Part shown: piece by piece, positions 19,256 to 33,632 of the stretch
How positions within the stretch are numbered: position 1 is the stretch's first letter
Layout: each line of letters starts with the position of its first letter
Origin: the human T2T-CHM13v2.0 reference genome, Homo sapiens
Assembly (NCBI RefSeq): GCF_009914755.1
Contig: NC_060936.1
Reading direction: 5' to 3' (one strand)
Length of the DNA stretch: 64,000 bases
The notes under the pieces: model-generated
Seen by the model: only the letters and a program-made list of their open reading frames with translations
Database searches by the model: none
What the model was told of the DNA's origin: nothing
Position numbers and translations under genes: made by a program

Positions 19256-21079
19256 TAGGTTTTATTGCAATAAAACTTTTAGAACTTCTTCTGCATTCCC
19301 TAAGGTCTGGTATGTTTTGTTTTACAGTTATTTGTCTTAAGGTATTTTCTTATCTCCTTTTTTATTTCTATGACCCAAGGGTTGTTCAAGAATATGCTAT
19401 TTAATTTTCATTTATTTGTGAATTTTTCAGTTTTCCTTTGGATGTTGATTTCTTGTTTCAGTCCACTGTAGTCAGAAAAGATGCTTTGTATGATTTCCAA
19501 CTTCTTAAATTTGTTAAGGTTTGTTTTGTAAACTAACATGCTATATCTTAAAGAAAGCTCTATGTGTATTTGAGGAAAATGTATATTCTACTGCTGGTAG
19601 GTTGATTTTTATGTACTTGCCTGTTAGTCCGTTTGGTCTATAATGTTCAGAATTTTCTTTCTATTTTCTTGATGATCATCTGTCTAGGCAGTATGTTCAT
19701 TCTTGAAGGTTCCTGCAATCATTGCATTGCTGTCTATTTCTCCCTAAAGTTCTGTCAATGTTTTAATCATATATTAGGTGCTCTGATGTGTGCATGTATT
19801 TATGATTGTTATATTTTCCTTGTGGTTTGACCCTTAATCATAAAATGCCTTGCTTTGTCTTTTGTGACAGTTATTGACTTATTGTGTATTCTGCCTGCCA
19901 TAAATATAGCTACTCTTGCTCGCTTTTGGTTACCATTTGCCTAGAATATCTTTTTCCATCCTTTTGCTTTCAGCCAATGTGTATTCTTAAATCTAACATG
20001 AGTTTCTGTGCAAAGCATGTATTTGGGTCTTTTTTTTTAATCCATTAATTCACTTTATGCTCTTTGATCACAGAGTTAAATCTGTTTACATTTAAAGTAA
20101 TTATTGATAGGGAAGGGTTTAGTATTACCATTTTGTTAATTGTTTTATCTTAGTCTTGCAGTTCTTTGTTCCACTGTTTCTCTTGCTGTTTTCCTTTGTA
20201 TTTTATTATTTTTTGTATCTCCCTTTTTCTTTTGTGTAAATTTATAGTTTTTTGTATATTTACCTCTTGGCTTACATAAAATATTTTATAGTTATAGCCA
20301 TATATTTTAAGCGTGTAACAACTTAATTTCATTAACAATAACTCTGCACTTTGTTTCCTGCCACACACTTTATGTTATTGTTGTCACAATTTGCACCTAT
20401 TCATATTGTGGATTTCTAAACATAATTTTGATTTATAGACCTTTGTAATCATTTTGTCTTTTAACTTTTTTACTAGAAGTAAAATTGATTTACCTACCAC
20501 CATTACTGTAATACAATATTCTGTATTTCTTAATAATATATACGTATGTTTACTGTTAACAGTGAGTTTCATGCTTCTTTATGCTGTTGTGTTGCTGTTT
20601 AGTATATATTTGTTCAACTAAAAGTAACCCCTTTAGCATTTATTGTAAAGCAGTTCCCATAGTGATAAATTCCTTCAGCTTTTGTTTGTTGTACATAGCT
20701 TTTCTCTCTTTTGTTTATGGAGGACAATTTTGCAAGGCATAATACTCTTGGTTAGAAGAATTTTTCTGTTAGTACTTCGAATATACCATTCAATTCTCTC
20801 CTGGCTTACAAGGTTTCTACTGAAAAATCTGACAGACTTGTGGAGGTTCCCCTTATTATGACAAGTTGGTTTTTCTTGCTGCTTTCAAAGTTTTCTCTTT
20901 GTTTTTGATTTTAATAATTTGATTATAATGTTTCTAGGTGTGAATTTCTGTGGGTTAATTATTTTGTTATCCTTTGGGCTTCTTGGATCTTGATGTTTAT
21001 TTCCTTCCCCTAATTTGGGAAGTAGTCAGTCATTATTTCTTTAAATAATCTTTCTGTTTTTTCTCACTCTCTTCTGTCT

Positions 21080-24000
21080 CTGTCAGCTAAGAATATTATA
21101 CTTGGTAAAACTATCTTCTGAAAATGAAGAAGAGATAAAGACTTTCCCAGACAATCAAAAGCTGAGAGAGTTGATTATCATCAGACTGTTTTACAAGAAA
21201 TGATAAAGGGAATTCATCCAGCTGAAACAAAAAGATGCTAATCAGCAGCATGAAAACATATGAACATATAAAACTCATTGGTAAAGATAAATATGTAACA
21301 AATATAGGATAACCTAATATTGTAAATATGCTGCATATATTACTTTTATTTCTAGTACGAAAGTTATAAAACAAAAATATTAAAAATAACTGTGGACACA
21401 ATAATAATGGATAATGGATATACAATATAAAAGACACACATTGAACATCAATAGCATTAAAAGATGGGAGAGAACTAAAGGTGTAAAGGTTTTGTATATA
21501 ATAAAATTATAGGCTTAAAATAGACTGTTATAGGATTTGTAATGTAAGTCTCATGGTAATAAGATAGAAAAAGCCTGTAGTAGATGCATAAAAGATAAAT
21601 AGAAGGGAATCAGAGCATAATATCAGTTCAGCATACCAAATAAAAAAATTCCAAATCTGAAATGCTCAAAAATTTAAAATTCTGTGAGCACTGACATGAT
21701 ACACAAAGAAAATGCTTGTTGGAGAATTTCAGATTTCAGATTTTCAGATTTGAGATCCTCAACTGGTAAACATAATGCAAATATTCCACAACTCAAAAAA
21801 ATCTGAAATCCAAAACGCTTCTGTCAGAAGCATTTTGGAAAAGACATACTCAACGTGTATCATAAGAAATGTTCAAAACACAAGTTAAGACAGCAGCAGA
21901 TGAAGGAACAAAGGAATTATAAAACAGTTAAAAAACAATGAGCATGATGGCAATGGTAAATCCTTGCCTATTGGTAATTATTGTAAATGTAAATGAGTTA
22001 AATTCTCCAGTGAAAAGACAGAGTGGCTGAATAAATTATGAAAAACTAACATATAATTATATACTGTCTATAAGAAACTCACTTTAGTTTTAAGGGCAAA
22101 CATGTGACACCAAAGAGATGGAAAAATATTTTCCATGCAAATGGAAAGAGAGTGGCGGGTGGCTATACTTATATCAGACAAAACAGATTTTAAGTCAAAA
22201 ATTGTTACAAGAGACAATGAGGGTCATAATATAATAATAAGGAGGTCAATTCATCAAAAGGATATAGCAATTGTTAATATACATCTACCCAACATCAGAG
22301 CTCATAGATATATAAAGCAAATATTAACAAACCTGAAGGAAGAAATAGATAGCAATAAAATAATAGTTTGGGACTTCACTACCCCAGTTCCAACAGTAGG
22401 TAGGTTATCCAGACACAAAATCAATAAGGAAAGAGTGGATTTGAACAACAGTGTAGACCAAACTAACCTAACACACATATACAGATCATTTCTTTCCAAC
22501 AGCAACAGAATATACATTCTTCTCAAGTGCACATGTGTTATTTTCCAAAATTGATATTATATGTTAGGCACAAAATAACTCTTAACAAATTTAAGAAGAC
22601 TGAAATGATATGAAGTTTCTTTTCTGACCACAAAGGTCTGAAACTAGAAATTGGCAACAGGAGGAAAAAAAACCTCACAAATACATTAAAATTAGACAAC
22701 ATATACTGGAACAACAAATGGGACAAAGAAGAAACCAAAAAAGACATTAAAAAAAATCTTGAGGCATATAAAAATTACAAAAATACCAAAGCTAACAGGA
22801 TGCAACAAAAACAGTTCTAAGAGAAAAGTTTGTAGTGATAAATGCTTACACTAAAATCTCAAATAAGCAACCTAAATTTATACCTGAGGGACCTAGAAAA
22901 TGAAAAAGAAACAAATCCCAAAGTTTTCAGAAGGAAGAAAATAATAAAACTTAGAGCAGAAATAAATGAAATAGGGACTAGGAAAACAATAGAAAAGATT
23001 AGTGAAATAAAGAATGAGTTTTTTGAAAAGATAACAAAATTAGCAAACTGTTATTTTATCTAGGGTATCTAAGAAAAAAACAGAGAAGGCTCACATAAAA
23101 TCATAAATGAAAAAGGAGATGATACAACTAATACCACAGAAATGCAAAGAATTGTAAGAGAATACTATGAACAATTATGTGCCAACAAATTGAATAACCT
23201 AAAAGAAATGGATAAATTTTCAGGAACATACAATCTACTGATACTGAATCTTATAGAAACAGAAAATATGAACAGACCAGACCAACAATGAGGAAAGAGA
23301 TTTAATCTGTAATCAAAAGTCTCTCACCCAAATAAAAGCCCAGGACCACATGGCTTCACTGAAGAATTTTACAAACATTTAAATAGGAATTAACACCAAT
23401 TGTTTTCAAATTCTTTGAAAAAATATGAGGAAGAGGCAACAGTTTCAAATCCATTCTAGGAGGGAAGCATTACCCTGATAAAAAGCCAGACAGGGACACT
23501 ACTATAAAAGAAAATTATAAGCCAATATCTTTTAGAAACACAGATGCAAAAATCTTCAAAAAAATATGCTAGCAAAGCAAATCAAGAGGACATTAAAAGA
23601 ATAATACTCCGTGATCAAGTGGGATTTATCCTGGAGATGCAAGGATGCTTCAACATACATAAATCAATAAATGTGATTCACCACATTAAAAGAATACAGG
23701 ATAAAATTATGTGACCATCTCAATAGATGAAGAAAAAGAAGGTAAAAAAATTTAACATCGTCTCATGGTAAAAACTTTCAGGAAATTAGGTATAGAGGGG
23801 AGGCACTTCAACATCATAATAAAGGCTATATATGATGAACCCACAGCTAACATCATACTCAATGATGAAAAGCTGAAAGCCTTTCTCTAAGATAAAAAAC
23901 AAGACAAGTATGTCCGTGTTCACCACTTGTAGTTAACGTAGTACTAGAAGTCTTAGCTGGAGCATTTAGCCAAAAAAAGAAAAAGGTAAGATTATCTGTT

Positions 24001-26080
24001 TGATGATAACATGATATTATATATAGAAAACCCTCAAGACTCCATCAAAAACTGTTAGAACTAATAAACTTACTAAAATTGCAGGATACAAAATCAACCT
24101 AAAAAAATCAGTTGTGTTTCTACACCCTATAACAGACTATCTGAAAAAGAAATTAAGAAAACAGTCCCATTTCAAATAGCATAAAAAAAGAATAAAATAG
24201 GTGTAAATTTAACCAAAAAGACAAAGTATCTATACACTGAAAACTATAAAACACTGACGAAAGAAATTAATGAAGACACAAATAAATGACATGATATCTT
24301 GTGTTCATGGTTTGGAAGAATTAATGTTGTTAAATGTTCATACTACCCAGTGTATCTACAAATTCATTGTAGATCTGTTGAAATTCCAATGGCATTTTTC
24401 AAGAATTAAAAAAAAAATTCTAAAATTTATATGAAATCAATACAGATTATCAATAGCCAAAGCAATTAGCTTCAGAAAGAGCAAAGCTGGAGGCATTTAT
24501 ACTTCTTAATTTCAAATTATATTACAAACTGATAGTAATTAAAATAGTATGGTACTTACATAAAAACAGGCATGTACACCAAGAGAGAATAATAGAAAGC
24601 ATGTAAATAAACCTACTCATATATAGTCAACTAATTTTGATAAGGGCTCCAAGAATATACAATGGAGAAAGGATAGTTTCTTCAATAAATGGTGTTAGGA
24701 AAGCTGGATATCCACATGCAAAATAATAAAATTAGACAATTATAACAAATACAAATATCAACTCAAAGTGTATTAAAGACTTAAACATAAGACCTGAAAC
24801 CATAAAATCCCTAGAAGAAAACTTAAGGAAAATCTCCTTGACAATGGTTTTGGCAATGATTCCTGGCTATAAGAGCAAAGGTATGGGCAACAAAAGCAAA
24901 AATAAACATGTGGGATTATATCAACCTGAAAAGTTCTGCACGGCAATGATAACAATCAACAAAATGAAAGGCAACCTATGGAATGGGAGAAAATAGTTTC
25001 CAAGCATATATATAATAAGGGTTTAAAATCCAAAATATAGAAGGAACACGTATGACTGAATAGCAAAAAACAAAACAAAACAAAAAACCCACCACCAGAA
25101 CAAAAATCATGTAAACAGACTAAAAAATGGGCAAAGAATTTGAATAGGCATTTATTCAAGGAAAATATACAAATACCTACAGGTATATGAAAAGGTGCTC
25201 AATATAATTAATCATCAGGGAAATGCAAATTAAATTCACAATGAGATATCACCTTACAGTTGTTAGAATAGGTACTACTTTAAAAAAGATAAGTTTTGGC
25301 AAGGATTTGGAGAAACCGTATGGAGTTTCCTCAAGAAGTTAAAAATAGAACTACCATATGATCCAGCAATCCCAATTCTGGGTACATAGTCAAAGAAAAT
25401 AAAATCACTTTCTCGAAGAGACATCTGCACTCCTATGTCCATTGCAGCATCATTCACAATAGCCAAGATATAGTATCAACCTAAGTGTCTATCAAAGGAT
25501 GAATGTATAAAGTATGGTATGTACATATAATGCAATATTTTTCAGCCTTAGAAAAGAAAAAAATTCCTGCTATTTTCCATAACATGGATGAACCTAGAAG
25601 ACATTATGCTAAGTGAAATAAGCCAGTGATAGAAAGACAAATATTGTGCGATCTCATATGTGGAATCTAAAATAGTCAAACTCATAGAAGCAGAAACAGA
25701 TAATAATATGGTGGTTGCCAGTGGCTTGGGGGAGTAGGAAAGAGGGAGGTAATGTTTAATAGATACCAAGTTTCAGTTATACAAGTACGTTCTGGAGATC
25801 TGCCATACAGCATAGTACTTATAGCTAACAATACCGAATGTTATACTTAAAATCTCTAAGAGGGTAGATCTTAACGTTAAACGCTCTAACCAAAACAAAA
25901 CAACAACAATAACAATAACAAAGGGCATAGTGGAAACTTTGGGAGGTGATGGATATGTTTATGGCCTTGATGGAGGTGATGGTTTCATGGGGTATACTTT
26001 TTCTCAAATTCATCAAGATGTATATGTTAAAAACATACAGCTTTTATATGTCAATGATTTCTCAATTAGGTGGTTTTTAA
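21080..26080 (+). mobile_element. L1MA9/MA10/MB1-age LINE, 5'-truncated within ORF1
   Basis: ORF1 C-terminus (aaagactttcccagac); ORF2 remnants VAILISDKTDFK (22135-22554) and 22842-23063; 3'UTR ggaggtgatggatatgtttatggccttgatgg. Confidence 0.82.
21623..21857 (+). mobile_element. Tigger4a (Zombi/MER46A) MITE inside L1
   Basis: ~235 bp, TA on both flanks, internal ttcagatttcagattttcagattt and end atactcaacgtg. Confidence 0.88.
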
Positions 26081-27351
26081 CAAACACCCTTCTGGAGTTT
26101 CAATAGCAGTTTTAAAATTTTAATGATGCATCAAACAAAGAATAAGTGTATAATATATTTTGAGCAGAAACAGCACAATTTCTTTTCTTCTTGGCATATA
26201 CAGCAGACTTTCTAAGACTAACAAGGAGCAGACACACAGAAAGATCATAGAAGTATAAAGTATAATCTTCTACATCAACCTCAAGAAATACTGTTTCATC
26301 TAAAACTGGTAAGATCACCTTGATATTCAGCTTTAATAACCTGCACAATTCCTTTTAAAGCAAGTGGATATGTAATTAAGGTGGAATTGTTGAAGGGGTC
26401 ACGAAAGACAACATTAAGGAGCTTGTTAAACAAATCTTGTCTCTATGAGAACTGAATTTCTATATTTGTGTGAATTTAGGATGTTATATCTTATTCATCA
26501 TTGTTTCATTAATAACTTTATTTATGTGTTCACTTATTTCCTCAATAAGAGTTTATTGATCACCTAACAAGTGGTATATTCAGTTTGGTAAATGATAACT
26601 AGAATTGGTGATCCACATTTAGGTCTACCACAACACGTGACATCTGAGAAATTACCATTTCATCCATAAAATAGGGATGTGGATAAAGGAGGTTTGAACT
26701 TTGGTGATCTATGAAGCCTCTTCTGATTCTGTAAATCCATCTTTGTTACATATTTGTACAAGATAATCTGACCTCCTGTTATTTACAGCTTAATAAAAAG
26801 ATTAAAAAAGGACATATTATGTTAAAAAGACAAGACAAATAATTTTTAAAAATATTAATCAAAGGTTAAAACAATTCATTTCATAAGCAAAGGTGTTTGA
26901 ATGCAGAGTCAGGCAGTACATTCAGGGATCTTTGGGGACAACGTAATAGATTTTCAAGTCTGGAATCTTGATCATGAGTGTCCCCGTGACCCACCCTAAC
27001 CAAAATCAAGAGTAGCTACAAATGAGATTTTATGTTTACTAACATCTGGTTTCATGGCCTAATGCATCCAAGTCAATGAAATCAAATAGCCTGAAAGTAA
27101 GTCAAAATTCTGTAAATCACCTTACTCATTTTGGCCATCTAGATTTCTGGCTGACCAATCTCACAGATATATCTCTTAAGATATATCAATAAATACTACT
27201 AAGGAACACTCATATCTTGTGGATGCATTTATATTTTTTCCCTATCTTTGCTCTATTCAGTAGTATAAAATTTAGAGTATGTGTCACTAAATACAATATT
27301 AGTCATTAGTCATGTATGTTCAATAACTTGTGCTGGAGAAGATGTGAAGTC

Positions 27352-29642
27352 TTTTTTTTCTTTTGAACTTTCATTTTAGGTTTGGGGGTACATGTGAAAT
27401 TTTGTTACATAGGTAAATTAATGTCACAGGGTTTGTTGTACAGATTATTTCATCACCCAGGAATTAAGCCCATTACCCAACAAGTATCTTTTCTGTTCCT
27501 CTCCTCCTCTCCCTGATCCCACCCTCCACCCCCAAGTAGATCCCAGTGTCTGTTGTTTCCCTCTTTGTGTTCATAAGTTCTTACCATTTAGCTCCCACTT
27601 ATAAGTGAGAACATGTGGTATTTGGTTTTCTGTTCCTGTATTAGTTTGCTGAGAATAATAACCTCCAGTTCCATCCATGTTTCTGCAAAAAAAAAAGTGA
27701 TATCATTCTCTTTATGCCTGTATAGTATTCCATGGTTTATATGTAACACATTTTCTTTATCCAATCTGTCATTGATGGGCATTTAGGTTGATTCCACATC
27801 CTTGCTATTTTGAACTGTGCTGCAATGAACATTTGCATGCAAGTGTCTTTATGGTAGAATGATTTATATTCTATGTGTGTATATACCTCTGGGTATATAC
27901 ACAGTAATGGGATTGCTGGGTATATACCAACAATGGTAGTTGCTGCTTTTAGCTCTTTGAGAATCACATACTGCTTTCCATAATGTCTGAAATAATTTAC
28001 ACTCCCACCAACAGTGTAGAAGTGTTCCCTTTTCTCCACAACCTTACCAGAGTCTGTTATTTTTTGACTTTTTAATGATAGCCATTCTGACTGGTGTGAG
28101 ATGGTTTCTCATTGTGGTTTTGATTTACATTTCTCTAATGATCAGTGATATTTAGCTTTTTCATATGCTTGTTGACAGCATGAATGTCTTCTTTTGAGAA
28201 GTGTCTGTTCATGTCCTTTACACACTATTTAATTGGATTGTTTGTTTTTCTCTTGTAAATTTGTTTAATTTCCTTATAGATGCTGCATATTAGGCCTTTG
28301 TCAGATGCAGAGTTTGCAAATATTTTCTCCCATTTGGTAGGTTGTCTGTCTACCCTATTGGTCATTTCTTTTGCTGTGCAGAATCTCTTAAGTTTAATTA
28401 GATCCCACATGTCAATTTTTGCTTTTGCTATGATTGCTTTTGGTGTATTTGTCATGAAATCTTTTCCTGTTCCTATGTTGATATGGTTTGGCTCTGTGTC
28501 TCCACCCATATTTCATCTTGTAGTTCCCATAATTCCCACGTGTTGTGGGAGGGACACGGTGGAAGATGTTTGGATCACGCGGGCGGGTCTTTCCTGTGCT
28601 GTTCTCCTGATAGTAAATGGGTCTCATGAGACATGATGGTTTTAAAAACAGGAGTTGCCCAGCACAAGCTCTCTTTTTTTGCCTACTGCCATCCATATAA
28701 GACATGACTTGCTCCTCCTTGCCTTGTGCCATGATTGTGAGGCTTCCTCAGCCACGTGGAGCTGTGAGTCCAATTGAAACTCTTTCTTTTGTAAATTGTC
28801 CAGTCTTGGGTATGTCTTTATCAGCAGCATGGAAACAGACTAATACATATGTCCACAATGGTATTGCCTAGTTTGTCTTCCAGGATTTTTGTAGTTTTGG
28901 GTTTTATGTTTAACTCTTTAATCCATCTTGAGTTGATTTTTGTATATGGTGTAGGGAAGGAGTCCAGCTTCGGTCTTCTGCATATGGCTGGCCAGTTATC
29001 CCCGCACCATTTATTGAATAGGAAGTCTTTTCCCCATTGCTTGTTTTTGTCAGCTTTGTCGAAGATTCAGTGTTTGTAGGTGTGCAGCCTTATTTCTGGC
29101 TTCTGTATTCTGTTCCCTTGGTCTATGCACCTGTTTTGTACCAGTACCATGGTGTTTTGGTTACTGTAGCCCTGGGGTATATTTTGAAGTTGGATAATGT
29201 CATGCATACAGCTTTGTTCTTTTTGCTGAGGATTGCCTTGGCTATTGGGCTCTTTTGTGGTTCTATATGAATTTTAAAATAGTTATTTTCTAGTTCTGTG
29301 AAGAATGTCATTCGTAGTTATATAGGAATAGCATTGAATTTGTAAATTGTTTTGGGTAATATGGCCATTCTAATAACATTGATTCTTCCTATCCATGAGC
29401 ATGGAATGTTTTTCCATTTGTTTGTGTCATCTCTGAATTCTTTGAGCATTGTTTTGCAGTTCTCATTGTAGAGAACTTTCACCTTCCTGGGTAGCTGTAT
29501 TCCTAGTTTTTTTTTTTCTTTTTGTAACAATTGTGAATGGTATTGCCTTTCTGATTTGGCCTTCGGCTTGGCTATTGTTGTTGTATAGGAATGCTAGTAA
29601 TTTTTGCACATTGCTTATGTATTCTCAAACTTTGCTGAAGTT
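27352..29642 (-). mobile_element. 5'-truncated L1PA13-15-like (best guess L1PA14), interrupted by THE1A
   Basis: 3'UTR cccaagtagatcccagtgtctgttg; minus-strand ORF2 pieces WNQPKCPS and [13 protein letters not shown]. Confidence 0.85.
28479..28847 (+). mobile_element. THE1A solo LTR (ERVL-MaLR)
   Basis: tgatatggtttggc...gactaataca, 369 bp; 5-bp TSD tatgt at 28474-28478 and 28848-28852. Confidence 0.93.
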
Positions 29643-30179
29643 AACTTGTACAGTATACAAAACCTGTTTGCAAGTGATAATATTACTTGAAACTTTTACA
29701 AGTTTGACATTACTGTAATTGTTCTGGTTATTTTTGTACTGGTTTATTGCTTGGGACATTAAGATAAATGAACTATGTTCTTTTCTTAATTAAAATTGCC
29801 AAAATTTTAGACTTTAAAAGCTTTGTATCATAAATTATTCAGTTTTAGAAGTATATGATGGAAACTAATATAATCAGGATAACATAATCATATTTATTAT
29901 ACCTCGAAGACTTTCCCCTAGGTTTTTATGATGTTAAAACATTTATTGATTAAATTATAGAAAGTTGAGTTGTTATACAGTCAAATATATTTTCACATAT
30001 ATACCCTGGACTATATAAGCTTTTAATTGAATAATTTTGATAATATATACACAATATGTTAACCACATTGGTACACATCAGTATAGATGGTTAAAATTTT
30101 CCTTTATTACTATTTCCGCAAGTTCATTTGGCCTTTATAGCCAAGAAATGTTTGTCATATTTTTAGTGATTGGTTAAAT

Positions 30180-30968
30180 ATTATCTCTGTGCTCCAAATC
30201 CACCTTTTTATCTTCTCTCCTCTCCTTTGGAGCAGGAACTGCAAATCCTATTATTCAGATTCATTGACTAGAGGGCTTCTGCCAGTAGGAGGCACTAGGT
30301 TTGTGGGTCTTAACCTTGGCTGCATAGTGGAATCATTTGGAGCTTTTAAGACTATTATTGCTTAATTTTTATGTCCACAAATTCAGATTTCATTGTTTGC
30401 AAGTGTGGAGTGGGCATCAGGGTTTTAAATATTAAGTGATTCTAATGAGCAGCTAAATTAAGAATCGTTACACTACATATAGGGTCACAGTCAGGGAGAG
30501 AGTCTTCCCTCTTATTTTTGATCATCCTTTACCACACCTGAGCGGCAGCAATCACTGCAGGAGTGGCAGTTGGCTTCTGTTTTCAGCCATTTTATGTGCA
30601 CTTCTAGAATCACTCTCATTCTGCCCCCTCAAAGGCACCAGTAAAAGCTGGATGGTGCTGCTAACCCTTCCTCAGAGGCCTGTGAACTCCCCTTCAAGCT
30701 CTTAAGGTACTAGTAGCAACCAAGATGCTTCTTTCCTTTGAAAACCTAAGCTCTTACTTTGCAGAGCCTCACTTCCGATCTCCTAATTTCTGAGAAACCA
30801 AATCTTTTATTTTTATTCCACCGACTTCGGGGTGGTAGCTGATACGTACAGTGAGCACCGCCTTTTCGTCTTATAACACTCCAAAACTTGTGTAATCTAT
30901 TTTCTGTATCAAAATTTCTTTTGTGGAAATGTTGGATGTTGTCTGTTTTCCAGACTTGGCCCACCTGT
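30180..30968 (+). mobile_element. Old ERVL LTR (LTR33-like) interrupted by MER5
   Basis: tctgtgctccaaatccac...gccagtaggaggcact start and ...gtctgttttccagacttggccc end resemble LTR33; heavily decayed. Confidence 0.55.
30300..30470. mobile_element. MER5-family hAT-Charlie MITE
   Basis: tcttaaccttggctgcatagtggaatca...gtgattctaatgagcagc...agaatc inverted ends. Confidence 0.75.
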
Positions 30969-33586
30969 AGCTGAACTACGCCAGTGCCATGGCTCTAATT
31001 GTTGTAGGTTAAATTGGAAACCGAAAGATATTAACATGTGTCCTTGGATTACTCAATTAAAATCATGGGGAAATTTTCTCCAGCTTTTGAATGAGGACCT
31101 ATGAAAGGAGAGCTGAAGAAAACAGAGAGGCAAGATTTGTATAAACCCTAGGGGACATGGGTGAGGTGGCAGTGAGATGTGCATAGATGCAACCCTATCT
31201 CAGAATATAACTATGATGATATTTATGTATGGTGGGTATATATCAAGAGGCTCTGCCCAGAGATGAAAATTTCCACTGACTAAAAAGAGCCTCAAATTAC
31301 TTCAAAATGGATCATTTAAATAAATCACATTGCTACCATGGTCAGAAATTCAATATAAACAATGGAAATATAAGCTATTGGTATAAATCTGCCTTTTATA
31401 AAAAGTAAGCACATTTTTGAAAGTTAAACTTAAAAAAATACTTACTTAAATATCCCACTTTCTGATTGTTTGTAATATTCTGTTTAAGATGTAATAAAGT
31501 CAATAAAATTTAAAACAGGAAAAACATCATGTCTGTTCCAGAACCACATGTCCTAGGGAGCACAATCACTCTTGCCTTTCCGTTTTTAAACCATGTTCTC
31601 AGAGTGAAGAACAGAAACCTATGTTACGTGAATGTGAAGACAAATGAGACTCTGAACTTGCCTATATTTCTTCAAGTTACACACAACAAGGCCTTCTATT
31701 GCCATTTCATCCTTAAGAAGCAGCTCATTTGTTGTCACTGGCTAATTAGTGTAACCATTTAAGAATTATTTCATTTCTTGCAGAATTGGAGCCAGTGGAA
31801 GTTAAGAAGATTGGGAGAGGGAGAATAGGGATTGGATGTTAGCTGGAACATAGCTCATAGGTCATATAAATCAGGGAAGAATAGGGAAAATGGGAAGCGT
31901 GGCCCCAGGAAAGTATCGGGACCTTCCAAATATACTTTGACCTAATTTAACTTTGGCCTAAGGTACATTGAATCTACTTCAAATTGTAGGCTTTTGGGAA
32001 ACTTAGATACTAGGCAGTTGTATAAGAAGGAGACTATCTGGGCTTAGTAGAAGAAATGGGGGTTGTAATAAATTATTTGAGTAGTTCACCTCTAAAAATT
32101 AGAATAAATGCATCATCTTTGTTACTAATCTTTAAAGTTAGATTTTGGCTGTGGTGACTAAATCATGTCTAAATTTTCGGGGAAGATGTACATTCTCAGA
32201 AAGATTACCTGGCTGTCACTTAACGTTAGCTATCCTTATATGTATATTCTTATATATGTATATATGTATTCTTATACACATATGTAAGAATATTTATATA
32301 ACATTAAAAGTATTTATATAACATTAGCAATATTAGAATCTCTCTAGAGAGAGAGAGAGATTTCCATCTCTATCATTATCTATCTATCTACCTGTCATCT
32401 GCGGATATAACTGAAATTCAAAATGAGAAACTTCATCTTAGAACTTGATTTTAATTTAAAGCACCTAGTATTGCTTAGTATGGTATGTGACTGATTAACA
32501 AAAATGATAATGTATTATCATTTACAATTTTGCTTTTAAAAGAACAATGAGGTTGTTTAAGAAAGGGATTGCAATTAAGAATACTATATTAAGACTTGCC
32601 TTTAGGGAAATAATTTGACAATATTTAAAATATTCTAATTTAGACATCATATATATGTTATGTATTAAATAAATCAAAACAAGGTTACATATATTTTCCA
32701 TATGGGAAATTTCAATGCAATTATTTTACTATTTCTTTTCTATGCATGAATATTTAGAATTCATACAGAGACTCACTGGAGCATTCAAATGTGATGAGAA
32801 CATTTTCTGGTTTTTTTCCCCCCTTTTTGTTCATTAAAACCTTAATATGGCTGTAAGACAAGGATTGGTATCCTTGATTGCTAAATCAACATAAAATTAC
32901 CTCTTTCAAGAGAATGGGTAATAGTATCCATTATATGATAGTATTGTGGTTGGGAAATTAATGAGAGGTGTTTAACTTTTTAAAACAGTTACAGTTATAT
33001 TGTTGCCCAAGAGCCCTCTGAGGTGGGTATGGCAGATATTAATGAAGTCCACCTTGCTTTATAGCATGAAATGCTGGAGACATTTTCCAGTTAGACGCAG
33101 AGCTAAATAAAGCACATACATGTGCCTATTTTCCACATGAAACATCAGAATTTACTTTTTTTTTACATAGCCACCAAAATAAAAATATGCAGTATAGAAT
33201 AATTTGACAAAAACAATTCATTAAAATAAACATTAATACTAATGGATTGAAAGAACAGCCACTAAAACTATACAAGCTTAAAAGGGCAAATTTCTAAAAG
33301 GAAAATAATTTAAAAGTAATTTGTAGTTGTTTATTTTTTGAAAAATGTACATCACTGAAAATTTTATGCAAGTGAGTAACAATACATGAAGACATCAAAT
33401 TCTTTTAGAGAAGAAGATAATACAATAAATAAGTAAAACCTATCTATTAGGTGGTGACAGTACTTCTTATAAGATAAATGCAACCTCCTTCCTAATAAAA
33501 TTTTCTAAGGCACTAGCATTATTCTTGGGATTAATAATAAAACAAGACCTTAGTTTAAAGGTCATAATTGATTAAAGTTGTAATTG

Positions 33587-33632
33587 ATTAAAAGTAATGG
33601 CAAAACCCGCCATTACTTTTGCACCAACCTAA
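33587..33632. mobile_element. Half MADE1 (Hsmar1-derived MITE)
   Basis: attaaaagtaatggcaaaacccgccattacttttgcaccaacctaa + TA matches one Hsmar1 TIR plus spacer. Confidence 0.88.

Noticed and set aside
32230-32400. TA/GA/TATC mixtures, a 20-bp direct repeat and the palindrome tctctctagagaga
   Set aside because: Ordinary low-complexity slippage products.
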